A stretch of 64,000 nucleotides of DNA, from NCBI GenBank assembly GCA_043228905.1, contig JBHGNT010000010.1, positions 19,158,001 to 19,222,000 of the forward strand. The letters run 5' to 3'. This DNA is from Azolla caroliniana (Eukaryota; Plantae; Polypodiophyta). Every line of letters begins with the position of its first letter. Position 1 is the stretch's first letter. The notes beneath the pieces were generated by a model. That model saw only the letters and a list, made by a program, of their open reading frames with translations, was not told the origin of the DNA and ran no database searches. The position numbers and the translations under genes are program-made. Positions 25,939 to 38,292 of the stretch are shown here, piece by piece.

Positions 25939-27210
25939 TCAAGTTTCTAAACCAAGGAAATAAATGGTGTCACTTCTTGTTCTTTTGAGCTCAAATGACT
26001 CCAAGTTCTTGTGTGTATAACCATATTGATCCAAGATTTGATTGTCAGCAAAGTTGAAGGATCTCTCCATGTGCTTTAGGCACCTCTCCACAGAGTATTC
26101 ACCATAACTTGAACATGTCTGGCACCCCATAAAGTGAGTGACAAAGGGCCACCTATTGTGGCTATTGTCAGAATGAGACACCTTGGGAACATCCACATCG
26201 TCTACGAAGAGGTCCACCAAATTGACCCAATATCCATCGAGGTAGTAGGAATTCTCGAGGAACACTTTGTTAGCCCATAGGTCTTTTTGTGTAATAAGAA
26301 GGTAGACAAGTGCAGATTGATCGTCAGCTTCAAAGGGTGGCCTCCCGACTAGGGTTTCCGAAAGCACTTTTCCCATTTCTTGTCCCCCCTTAAGTCCCAT
26401 GGGTGCCCAAACATCCAACAAATCCAATGCCCATTGACAATTCCTTATCAAGAAGCTTCCGGTGTTTAGTCCAACCCACTCTTTCTTGACATAGACCTCG
26501 TCTTCCCGACCATGTAATACAAGGTTATGGTCCTTGTACTTGTCTAGTGGAACCTCGAAAGACATGTCAGTGAACATGGCATTGTCATCCATCCACCATA
26601 GCCACTCAATCTCGGGATGTGTGAGCATGAGATTCCGAAGGAGAGGGAGCTTTGACCACGAACTTGAACCTAATCCTGAACTTGACATTCCTGGATACAA
26701 CTTCGCAATGTTATAGAAGATGTGCATGTGGTGGGTGTGTGCATAATCCATCTTGTTCTTGATCGATTTGAGCAAGTAATGGTCGCCAAGGGGGCTTTCA
26801 CATGGGGAAGAAGGGGAGCTAGTAACTAGAAGGATATTGGTATGACTAGACGAGGAGACGATGTGACCAAATTGTGACATCCATTCTTGTCTTTGTTCAT
26901 CCCAATCTCTAATATTAGGGAACGTAACTTCTTCTTCATTTTCACCATTGTCGTCATCGCCATCATCATCACTATTATTATCATTGTCTTTCCATGAAAT
27001 AGTAGACAAGACTCGATCATGTTCATGAAAGGAATTTGAGAGGTCTTGGATGGTGAGTTGTGATGAGTTGGGGATGTTGAGGAAGTTTGTCATTCCAATG
27101 GTGCCACGCAGAACTAAGATTGTGACACAACCACATAGAACGGTGATCTTCACATTGTTGAAGGTCTTGATGGATTGCTTAGATTTGGGGGGTATGAATA
27201 TGCTTCCCAT
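25939..27210 (-). CDS. XXT: GT34 glycosyltransferase, xyloglucan 6-xylosyltransferase (XXT)-like, intronless, 423 aa
   Basis: Type II TM KITVLCGCVTILVLRGTIG; motifs GDHYLLKSIKNKMDY, WSKLPLLR, HPEIEWLWWMD, GLNTGSFLIRNCQW, FEADDQSALVYLL, WPFVTHF.GC, CLKHMERSFNFADNQIL. Confidence 0.95.
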   Translation of the reverse strand: MGSIFIPPKSKQSIKTFNNVKITVLCGCVTILVLRGTIGMTNFLNIPNSSQLTIQDLSNSFHEHDRVLSTISWKDNDNNSDDDGDDDNGENEEEVTFPNIRDWDEQRQEWMSQFGHIVSSSSHTNILLVTSSPSSPCESPLGDHYLLKSIKNKMDYAHTHHMHIFYNIAKLYPGMSSSGLGSSSWSKLPLLRNLMLTHPEIEWLWWMDDNAMFTDMSFEVPLDKYKDHNLVLHGREDEVYVKKEWVGLNTGSFLIRNCQWALDLLDVWAPMGLKGGQEMGKVLSETLVGRPPFEADDQSALVYLLITQKDLWANKVFLENSYYLDGYWVNLVDLFVDDVDVPKVSHSDNSHNRWPFVTHFMGCQTCSSYGEYSVERCLKHMERSFNFADNQILDQYGYTHKNLESFELKRTRSDTIYFLGLET

Positions 27211-27371
27211 ACTGTATGTGTAAAATGTGAAATGTGGGGGGCTTCGTAGAAGAAGTTCGAGTGTGAATTGTAAAGAAGAAAAAGAAGTATGTGTGTGGGC
27301 CTAAAATGTGGTAGTAGTATACTTGAGACTAGAGTATAGAATGTAAGTATGTAGTGTGTTTACTTTTGATT

Positions 27372-27373
<2 letters not shown>

Positions 27374-27419
<46 letters not shown>
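27374..27419. repeat. (GA)n microsatellite upstream of the GT34 gene
   Basis: About 22 GA units. Confidence 0.95.
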
Positions 27420-27422
<3 letters not shown>

Positions 27423-28340
27423 AGGACTAAGGGAAGAAGTGTGAGTGATCCCACATTGAGTTTCGTGCACCTAGGTATTTTCAAATTACATATATGTTAT
27501 TTATTTGCTTATTTGTAATAAAGAGCTAGAGGGAAACATAGAGATGGGGGTGTTGGATCCGAGTATTGTGCACAAAGTGTTTGATTTATTATTTGTTTCA
27601 AAGTGTATTGGGTCGAGAGAGGTAGTAAATGATGAAGGATGGGAAATCTTGTGTTTTATGTAGTGAGGAAAGAGGAAAAGGAGAAGATAAAGGAGGAGAT
27701 GGTCGAGCTTGAGATCTCAATAAACCTACGAATAGCATTTGCAAGACATGAGTATGCAAGAGGGGAAAAGAGGCCTAACAAGTGCATTGGTGTTTCACCC
27801 AACAATCAAGTTATTGAGCAAGTACCATGATGTCTACCCTTAGAGAGACACGTAATGTAATGTTGTACACACATATACAGAACTGTAGTATCGAATATCT
27901 CCGAATTAATATGCAATCTTGCATACAAGACAATTATGGAGAAGTATCACAACTGATGAATAGTCTTGGTGGCATTATCACCATCATTTTTACTCTAATG
28001 TGGCTTTCGCACACTGTGATTGTCAAAGAAAATCGTGCAAGGATTAAGTTGGGTTGAAGATGTGTGGGGAAGCATAATTGAATGTGATCAAAGGCAAAGC
28101 ATTACATCATAGTGTGATACTTAATAAGTTGTGAACTTGTTTTGGGTGGAATATGCATAATCAACTAGTGTAATCACATGTGTTGTCTCACATCGAAGCA
28201 TTGTGAACTAATTTATTTGGAAGCAATGTTGGGATAATGAGCAATGGGAAGATATCTAACCTTCATGCATGTGTGAGGTTCTTGCGTGGTAGAGAATATG
28301 GTTTTCGTAATTATGTGCAACATATGTAGTATAATGTGTG

Positions 28341-28379
<39 letters not shown>

Positions 28380-31300
28380 TATTAACGTCTTCTAAGGCCA
28401 AAAGTTGGCCCATGAGACAATGGTGTACAACAAAATAGGGTATTTACTCAATCATCTAAATAATAATAATAATAATAATAATAAAGAGAGAAGAAGAGAG
28501 AGATTTCAAAGAGAGACCATTTGTGATCTATGGGAGACAACGTAGCCCATGGCAATGATCAAACTTACGTTTAAATATTGAGATATTGCAGGAGCTTAAA
28601 TATTTTTGTCATCGTAAGGAGGCATTGAAGAAGCAGGCAAGTTATGAAGTACATACACTCACTCACTATATCGTAGATTAGATGTGAAGTGAAATGAACC
28701 TTTTCAAGTATTTTCTATTTAAAATAGCATGCCTTTGTATTGATTACATTGCCATAACTCAAGAATTGCCTCTTTTTCATCCTTCAACATGAAAGCTTTC
28801 TTCTAATCAAGGATAGATCATGAAGTGAAGAATGTCTTTTTGTGAATGACATATTGAAGAAGGTACTTACAATGCTCAAGAAACTAGTTACGAAAAATAG
28901 TTGTGAAAATTACATCCTCGAGAAACTATTCAAAGTGGTTGGCAACTAGAATAAATTTTAACATACATACATGACAACCCCATGTACAAAAAGGAAAAAA
29001 TTGTGATACATGACACCAACAATTTTATTTGCTTGCATAGATGCCTCACAAACTCATCGCAATCTCCTAGTGTTCTTTCTAAGGCAGGCAAAATATACAA
29101 GCAATGGAAAACAAAAAATCTAATGGTGACAAAGTAGGAGATCAAATTCTAAGATTGATTTGAACTTTGTGGTGTTTACACATTAAGCTCATTTGATCTT
29201 CTGTCAAATCTGAATTAGTGTTTCTTCCATTCTCAAGTTGTTTGCACATGTCGTAGATACCAATGATTATCATCAACATGTGTAATAAACATCACGTCAA
29301 ATTCAAAGTGCTTTGCTTGAAAGACAAATCTACTACATCAATAGAAAATGCCCACCAAAACATATTGTATCATTTACATGCAAACCAAGGAATAAGATGG
29401 AAACATTAAGATTTTAAAAATCTCTTCTTGTGCTTCCTAAAGATATCTCGATACACTATGGCTACGTCTTCAAATCTAGAAAACTATATTGTCTCCAAAA
29501 AATATGCACATTTATAGTATCATATTAAAGCATATGTTAGACAACCTGGTGTCAATACATCGATATGTTTGAGTGTTTGGTTCTTTTTTGCTTTGTAGAA
29601 ACAAAGTCTCATGCTCTCTAGATTTGTTGACATTTTTAAAACCGAAATAAGTGTTACACAATTATCACAATTCATGGTTATATTTATTATACTTGTAGTA
29701 CCTATTTGTGCTATGTAGTTTAAGATAACTTGGCCTTATGTATACATTTCTTACTATTTCACAAGAATAATGCCTACCATAGTGTGAAAACACATAATGC
29801 CACCCGAAATAAGGTTTCAAATTGAAACCTTGGGTGAATTAGAACAAAACGTTTTTTTAGGTAAACATTGTAATGAGCATTGTGACACTACAATTTCCGA
29901 TATATTTGTTCTATTCTTTTTATGTTTAGAGATTTTGAAGACATGTTTTGTATCAATTTATTTGACAAATAAACTTAATTCATAAAAAGATGGGCCGGCC
30001 CCAATTCCCAATGAAAGTTTCTAATGAAATTCACATGAAACAAGATCTTGACTCATATTGAAACCAACAACCATTTGCCAATGTAAAGTTCGATGCTATT
30101 TGGGAGAATCGGGAAAATTGTAATGCTAGTCCCAACAAAACGCGCATGTCTATATACAATTAAAAAGGATGGTATTTAAGAATTAATTCCAAGAATTATT
30201 ATGTTGATAGACTCTAACAAATAATATATGTAGAAGGGGATTGTTGATAGTATAAGAGGATCAATAAGATATTAATGCATAATTTAGTTAAATTGGCATG
30301 ACAATCTCTCAATTCTCAACTTAGATATCCTAACATACAAATAACTTGTGTCAAACCCTTTATAATAATTTATACGATCATTTGTTTAGGTTAGTGTATC
30401 AACCCAACATATGTGCGCATAGGCCATACATTTAACTCCTATAGTTGATCAATTATAATGGCATTTGAAGTGGCCCTAATTTTATACATTGTTTACCGAA
30501 TCCCAACACTAAACGATGTAAATTCATGCTGCAAAAGTTTTTCGAGAATTGTAGTATTGTTCATGATCCTAGGGAACTTGGTAGTATGTATAATATGTTA
30601 AGGATTGATGTTTCCCACTAAACTCACTATATGTATGTATGGTTTTGTCCAACGCTCTTTTAATGAAAGGACTTTGGATCAACCAATAACATTTTCACAA
30701 GATATCTATCTTGGTTTAAAACTCAATTCAAGAAAAAGCCATCTATTATATAATCTCTCCATTGCATACAAAAAGAATTGAATGTCATTGAGCGCATGTG
30801 CAATTATAAGTAAATCTTGTGTAGATCTATCAAACGCTTGCCAATCATCATTTTAAAAGTAAAGAAAAAATATCAGCAATGCTTACATAAACATTAAAAT
30901 TCCATTTATAGAATTGTTATTGTAGTTACACAGATTATATTTAGTTTTCTTTTTTTCGTATAGTGGTACGCTATTAGGATATAAACATAAAATTGTACTA
31001 TTGAAACCCTAGTGTTCACACTTCTTTGGTACACCACATATCACTTCTCCTAAAGTGCATGCAATGTTAGTGTATCGAACTAACAACCTCATGGTTCCCA
31101 AGAGGGATGACAAATAACACATGGCTCTATGTCTCTTTTTGAGAGAACTAGAGTACCTTGTGGTTTGCAACCAAAGCCTCTTGGGTTACCATCTCAACCA
31201 ATGGATTTGATGATCTACATAAGCAGGTTGTAACTATTGAATCTCACAATATCCAAGATGCTAGTTAGTCACCTTGAAGAACTCATATTTACAATGTAAG

Positions 31301-31759
31301 CAAATATAGTGTGCTCCCGACCTCGCCCACCCACTCCCTACCTATGCTTTTACTTAATGGATGGGGTGCTCATATTGTCCAATCGACCACAATTTATATG
31401 TTACACATGGACTAACCTCTTAGGATTATTTGCAATAAGGTTTTCTCACCTTGTTTTCGCTTCTTCTCTTTCCTATATTGTGGTCATCTTATGAACAAAT
31501 CCATGTTATTGGCAACGGTTTTGTGACCTTGTTATAAAATGCATGAGGGGTTGGAAGGATGGGTGTTTATTTGCATGTGACCTCTTGTAAGTTTCCCAAT
31601 GAAATACAAAAGAGAATGTCAAAATATCTGAGCTTTGCAAGCGAAACTCAACGAAGCTTTGAAATTAATATAGGGTAAGTAAGACTCTTTTTTTTGTGAA
31701 TGTAGGATTGTTATTAAAACAAAATGATAACACAACACTCCATTAGTAGCGATTAGATG

Positions 31760-31915
31760 ACATAAATCTACCTCATCTTGGAACAACATCCCCATACAAC
31801 ATAGCTGTGAAAATTGCCAAATCAACTTCCCTTTCATCCTACGAAGTGGTTGGGGTACCCCACGAAGTCCATCTAACAATAACTCATTTCTCATGGTCAA
31901 CCACATTCCTCAATA
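31760..31915 (-). mobile_element. Possible L1-type LINE ORF2 C-terminal remnant
   Basis: Minus-strand GMWLTMRNELLLDG resembles the plant L1 'WxIWxxRNxxxF' motif. The match is short and degenerate. Confidence 0.25.
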
Positions 31916-32628
31916 CCTAAAGTAATCAAACACCACCTGATATGATGGCATGGGTAGAGCTTTAGCACCATCATTGAAAATACACTTAACAAGTTAGAAA
32001 TAATGTCATGTTTATTGTCACATTTATGACATTGTTTATTCAAACCATCATGTTATTGCCACTTAACATTGACAAAAAACTTCCTGTTATTGATAACATG
32101 TTTATGACATTGTCGATGGTATGATGGTGTGCGTACACTATCATTGAGGACCGACTTAACAAGTGATAAACAACTTCATGTTATTGATGGCATGTTTATT
32201 GCTAACATACTTCTTTGAGGCCGCGTATTTTCAACAATTAAATTCCACCACAAATATTACTTTTCACTTAGTGAAATTTCTGAAGCTCAGAGTTCACTAT
32301 ATCAGGTATCACAGCTTTAGAAATGCAATGATGTTTTCATTAAGAGACTACATACATTTAACAAAAGTTAGACCATCCTATAAAAGAGGGCAACAGAATT
32401 TCTTGGTAGCTCAAAGAACCCCATCACATAAAGCAAAAAATCTTATTCTAAATTTATAAATCAGCAAGAACACAAAATTATAAAAGGATAAATCTTAAAA
32501 TTATTGTACACCTATTACAATTGATGAGATACAAATGTAGTTTTAACAATAACTCTTCAGTCAAATTATAATACAGCTACATAACAATTGAAAAAATCGC
32601 TAGAGATTTCAATGAACCTCATCGTCTA

Positions 32629-35612
32629 TCACTCTTCAGTTAACCACGATTCCAGCTTTGCCTTATGGTGTGCCTGGAACTCCTCAAAGTTGTCCTGCAT
32701 ATGTGACATATCTTCAGACCTTAATGCTTCATTCTCTATAACCAATCTAGAGGGAGTGGATTCGAGCTCATTAACTCTTCCATTGCTTCTAACTGATTGG
32801 CTTACTCTCTCTCGTATAAGTTTCACACCATCACGACTGACCAATCCAGCCTTTGAAATTGCTGAACTCAATAATCCTCTCACATTGTCATAAGTTGGTT
32901 CACTACTTGAGAGTGTTTCCAACAGTGATGATTCCTTGGTGATTGCAATATCTGCACCTTATTCTTGTTGGGTTGAGTAAAAAATCAGCCAAGAGAGTTC
33001 CCAGCATTTCGTACAGCAGTAACTGATTGGATATAGCCATCAAAGATCTTACCTGAGCTATCAAAGCCATCAGAAATATTTTGTTCTTGATCCAAATCGA
33101 TGGTTCTTCTCCAAGGAAGGTCGGCCTTTCCATTACTGACTGCCTTCTGTTTGTATTCTTTGTTTTGTGACCCACCTGAAAGTTTAGTGGTCCTCTCAAG
33201 ACTTTCAGATATCTTGCTTGTAGATGTATCACTATTCCAATCTCCAAGAAAAGATGAGGACCTTAAATGGCTTTTACCCAGTCCAATTGGTCTTACGGGT
33301 CTTGGTAGAAGCTGTGAAACACTTCTGCAAAGATGATCCTCATTGAAGTCATGAAACAAATAAATAACACCGAAGTAATCTATGTATGCATATAAATGTG
33401 TGTGCATATATTATATATACACACATAGATCTACATATCCAATCTATACCAACCCTATGCCTACATATATGTTTGTCTATGTATACATATACATAGACAT
33501 ACCTAAATGCACAGACATGTGTGTGTGCATGTATATCGGTGCATACACATCAATAAGATACATGTATATCAACACACAAGAATACAAAAACACATAATAT
33601 ATGTGTGTATGCACCTACATGTACACAAACACGCATAATATATATGTATATCAGTATCTTACCCCCTTGTCAGCCGAGAAGTAGGAATGGTATCACTGGC
33701 TGCCTTCAGTGTGTTGATCATGCGTTCAATCACCGGGGGTCCACACTCTTTCATGGTCTTTATGCAGCTCAAGGAATCTTTTGCATCTGCAGTAGCAAGT
33801 TCTGCATCAGCAGTCGTCTCTAGCAATTGATCCTGCAAAATGTGTACTAAATACTAAACCTGTATCCTCAACATATTGTGGAGGCAAAAAAACGTGAACT
33901 AGCGCACTGCATCAACCTTTCCGTCCAGAAATCATTACACAAATGAGATTATATAATTCATATTGGCTCAGGTAAGTTCAGTGTGGAAAATATATGGCAG
34001 ATGGAAGAAAGGTGATTAGGCAGCTCTCTCTTTTTCTTTTTCTTTTTCATTTAAGCTTACATATGCTCACTTTAAAGGAACTGGAATATTTGGTAGCTTT
34101 TCTACTTGAAAATAAAATTGGGTCAATGGTCAACATTTGAAATGAGTATAGTAAGAAACATTTCATAATTTGGAGGTTTTGTTTCAGAGTTGCATTACAT
34201 TGTGAAAAATACAAATGAGGTTCTGCTAAAAACAGAATATGTTATACATATGATCCTTTATATGAAAGCAAAAGCAGAGATCTGGTTTACAAGTTTCTGA
34301 AATATTTGAAAATGGTAAACATTAAAAGCTTTGGCTATATGGGAATTTCTCCACAAATTTGCTTTTTTATCAAACACAAACAAAAAAACAATAACCAACC
34401 TAAAAATCTCTATTCGTATATGATGCTCTATCATTACAGCAGCTGCTAACTTCATTTTTCACTTTGACCACCTTATTAGTAGTGGTTATTGATACCATTA
34501 CTTCAGTCTGTTTCCACGTAAAATTGCTCCTACCTGTGTCCTCCATTTGTTTTCAGGGATATATCGCTATGGAAACCCATGTTTTCATTACTCATAAAAC
34601 TGTGTTCAAACCTCCTAATTGACTATAAAGCCTTACAGAACATACGGATAGGACGCATAAACTTTTTATCTCTGCTGGGATACCTTACCAACAATTATCT
34701 CAGTGAGAAACATTGTTCATAGCCATGGGTCAAAAATACACTCTGATTCAATAATTTGATGATCATGTAGAATCAATATAGAATATGTCCAGGATAGTTA
34801 CTATACTGGTTCTATGTGATAATCAAATTATTAAATCATATAAATTGGTTTGACATACAATCCAATATCCTTGTCCACAATGTCTATGAGTGAAGATCCT
34901 AACATAAATAGATTCAACACAATGAATATATTTGAAATTATACACGTGAATGAATGAATACTGAATCAACAACATATTGCTGTATGCAGATTCAAACGTA
35001 TAGGTTCATATAGCAATACTCTTTGCCCCATGAATATTGAATCTATACCATGTCTATGCATACAAAACTTTGCCGTACATATATTTGAGCCAATCGACGA
35101 ATGAGCAATAAAAAGTAAATGAAATTAATATTCTCTGTGCCTGAATATTGAGTCTATACCATGTATGTGTATGCAATTTTCATAATAAAAATGTTGACAC
35201 ACTATCGATACAGATATCCAACCCATGCCATACTTATTTATGCAAATTATACCAGAGATGTTTTAACCAAAAAACAAGAAAAATAATATAAATAATGAAT
35301 AAAAATGGACATACCTTCACATTCACGAGAGTAGGGACGGATTTCTGGACATGTTGCTGCACAAAATAGAGGCCAACAGAGGGTTCATTTGCCACCAATT
35401 TAATGGCCTCTGTCAACATCTCATGAACTGGCCAAAAAAAAAAAAAAACAGATATAAAAACTGAAAAAATCAAAGAAAAGAAGAAAGTAGAGGAAGCAAC
35501 AGAAGATCAATCAACGTCACAAACAAACCAAAGAAGGAGGAGAAGGAGAAGGAGATGTTTGAGATTACTGACCGTCTTCGAGGATCTCGAGACGCTCGTT
35601 TCTCTTCTCCAT
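32629..35612 (-). CDS. BORCS8: BLOC-1-related complex subunit 8 (BORCS8/MEF2BNB)-like protein, 5 exons
   Basis: Exons 35612-35573, 35427-35315, 33832-33663, 33324-33053, 32951-32629; GT-AG and in phase. Motifs EAIKLVANEPSVGLYFVQQHVQKSVP, DSLSCIKTMKECGPP and C-terminal FEEFQAHHKAKLESWL match plant MEF2BNB-like proteins. Confidence 0.85.
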
Positions 35613-35829
35613 TCCTCGTTCCAAAAAAAGCAGGGCTCAAAGGAGATGGAAATGGAGATGGAGAGCCATGAAAACAAGTAAAAAAATAACAACATAAACA
35701 TTAAGGGGAAAAGAGAATATGCATATACTGTATACCTACATACATACATTATTACATACATACATACATAAATACATAGAGCCATGAAAACAAGCAAAAA
35801 AATAACAATATAAACATTAAGGGACAAAG

Positions 35830-35863
<34 letters not shown>

Positions 35864-38292
35864 TACATACTACATACATTAATGTGAGAAAAGTCTCTAG
35901 TTAAGGAAGACATAAGACATTTTTAGACGCGTCTGACGCTTAACCCGATTTGACTCATCTGTTCTCGCTCTGTCGATAGTTCAATGACCCCGCGGGATTT
36001 TGCATGCATATGTGTTGATGAAGTTGTCCCTATGTAGATATAGATCTTCCCTGGGTAGAGTTGCATATGGGAAACACAAACGTGTGGATGATGTCAATGT
36101 AGATGTATCGTTGCCCTTCAATGATTGAATACGGTCTTGTATGCCTACATTGCCAACTCTTGATCCTTCATACAATGGGTTCTCATAGAGAAGGAATTAG
36201 TTGCAATGTAGACCTATTAATGACCTTGTCATATCTCAATCTTGTGTTTACATGCCTAGATATGCCTTTGCCTCAACTCTTAGTGGTGTGCCATTTGTTT
36301 CCTCTTGAGTCTTGAGATTGTGAGTTTATTAGCTGCAATATTGATGCTCTCACTCCTTGTTTGGTTGAAAGAATAATGATGCCAATGTTGTTAACCGGTT
36401 TTTAGGACCATATTGCTTAGTGTGCAAGATCCCAAACTAAAGTTATACAAACATATTGCGTAAGATTTGATCCCACAACCTTATTGTTACAAAGAACAAG
36501 CTTTATCAATACAATTACCCACATACAACAATTCTAAGCAAGTTTAAGATGTACAAAGGCAATGCAATCACATTTTATTCGCACATGTAATCTTGTTACT
36601 TTTCACTATTGCCTCTTAGGGAAGCAGTTTTTAGTCGATTGCTTTCGAAAGCCCCGTTCAAGTAGCAATATGTAAACCCTTCAAATTAGGACAAACTTCA
36701 CTTCATTCATGTTATTTCTAGTTAACTTCAGTATTGAAAGTTTATCAGTAATTTCTCTCTTGTTGTTTTCTTCTTTGTACTTAAATGTTACCTTTGTAGA
36801 CAATATTCAATCTAGTGTACTTATTTTATGTACTTAGATATCCCAAAGGAGGTTTCAACATGTTGTGAAAGGTCTACAAAAACATATTGAATCTCCAAAT
36901 GTTAATTATGTCTTTGTGCATTGAGAGATTGAATCCCAATGTGTGTATGACCGCAATTGGATGGGATTGTGCTGTAAAAATAGTGCACTAAAACCTCAAT
37001 AGGATGTCATTGCAATACAAACACTTTGGACTTGTCCCTTAGCAAACAAGACCTTGGACATATGATGTGTGGTTTAGTAGAATGGGAGGCTAGCCCTTGG
37101 TGCATCAACTAACCAAGCTTGGCATTGAAGCCTATGTTAGCTCTACAAGTAGAAGATGTTTTGAATGCATGTTCAATTTTTGTCGTGTCTTGATTGTAGG
37201 TTGATGACATAATATCATAGCACTCTTCCAACCTCACTCCACAACGTACAATTATGTGCAAACATAGTTTTGATGAGGCACAATGCACTAGTTATCCATC
37301 CAAACTCCCCGGTAGGTTGGCACAAAATACTACTAGAAACCACCTAATCAAACATGAGAGGATAGACATAAGCTAATGATGTAGAGTCAAGGTATTTTAC
37401 GTTGAAATCAATTGTACAAAATTTCCATATATACATGTATGCCATGCTTAAACCCTACCTATGTCAATAGAGATTCTCCATGGCTGTTAATTTAGCACTA
37501 GATTTGTAATGTACAACTTATGAAATGTAGGATAATCCACATGTCAAAATGTGCACAAGTATGTATAGCTCAATATCTTAATAGCTCCATGCTATTTATT
37601 ATTTCTCTCCAAATTACTTTGACAATTGCAGAAAGACACTTGTATTGTTATAACCCTAATCTCCATGCCTTATCCCTTATTACCTACTTAATGTATTACC
37701 TCTAAATCAGTAATTAATTGGAATATAACTATGTATTTACAATTGACTGTTGCACTATCCTTCTTGGTCGAATCCCATTTCACAATAACACAAATGACAA
37801 TTTTGTATATTTGAGGCAACCCAATTGGACAAAAAGAAATTCTAGAGCTCATCCTTGTTAATAGAAGACAAATTGAAATACAAATGTACTTCAATTTATG
37901 CATCATTGAAATTGAAGCACATACTTTGAATATGATAAATACATCGAGCACAAAATTGCTCAAATATGACAATATGATTCTAAATTTGAGGTGGGAGCAT
38001 TTGCATAGACGAACATGAATGTATTTAGTAAAAACTAGATACACCCTGCAAGCAAAATGTGATTCACTGTCAATGTGTATGCATGTGCTGTGCGTGACAG
38101 AGAGAGACTACGTCCTGTCGAATGCAACAAGGTTTATGCACTCTTATCGCCCCAAAAAAGCTATTGCATTCATAGCAAAGAATCATTACATGACCATATA
38201 TCGAATCCTTCAAGAATGTGGAGCCGTTGGCTATCCAAGAAAAACGAGACTTCATACATTCATCGTGCTGTAGTAAGTTGCAGTAAGTTTGG

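Noticed and set aside
34530-34700. Possible extra exon in BORCS8 intron 2
   Set aside because: Donor-like sites exist, but the flanking exons already join in frame with a continuous family match and I found no supported acceptor or frame.
35980-36320. Possible LINE ORF1 (zinc-knuckle region) remnant
   Set aside because: Only a faint ACICV..CLHC resemblance with stops; insufficient evidence.
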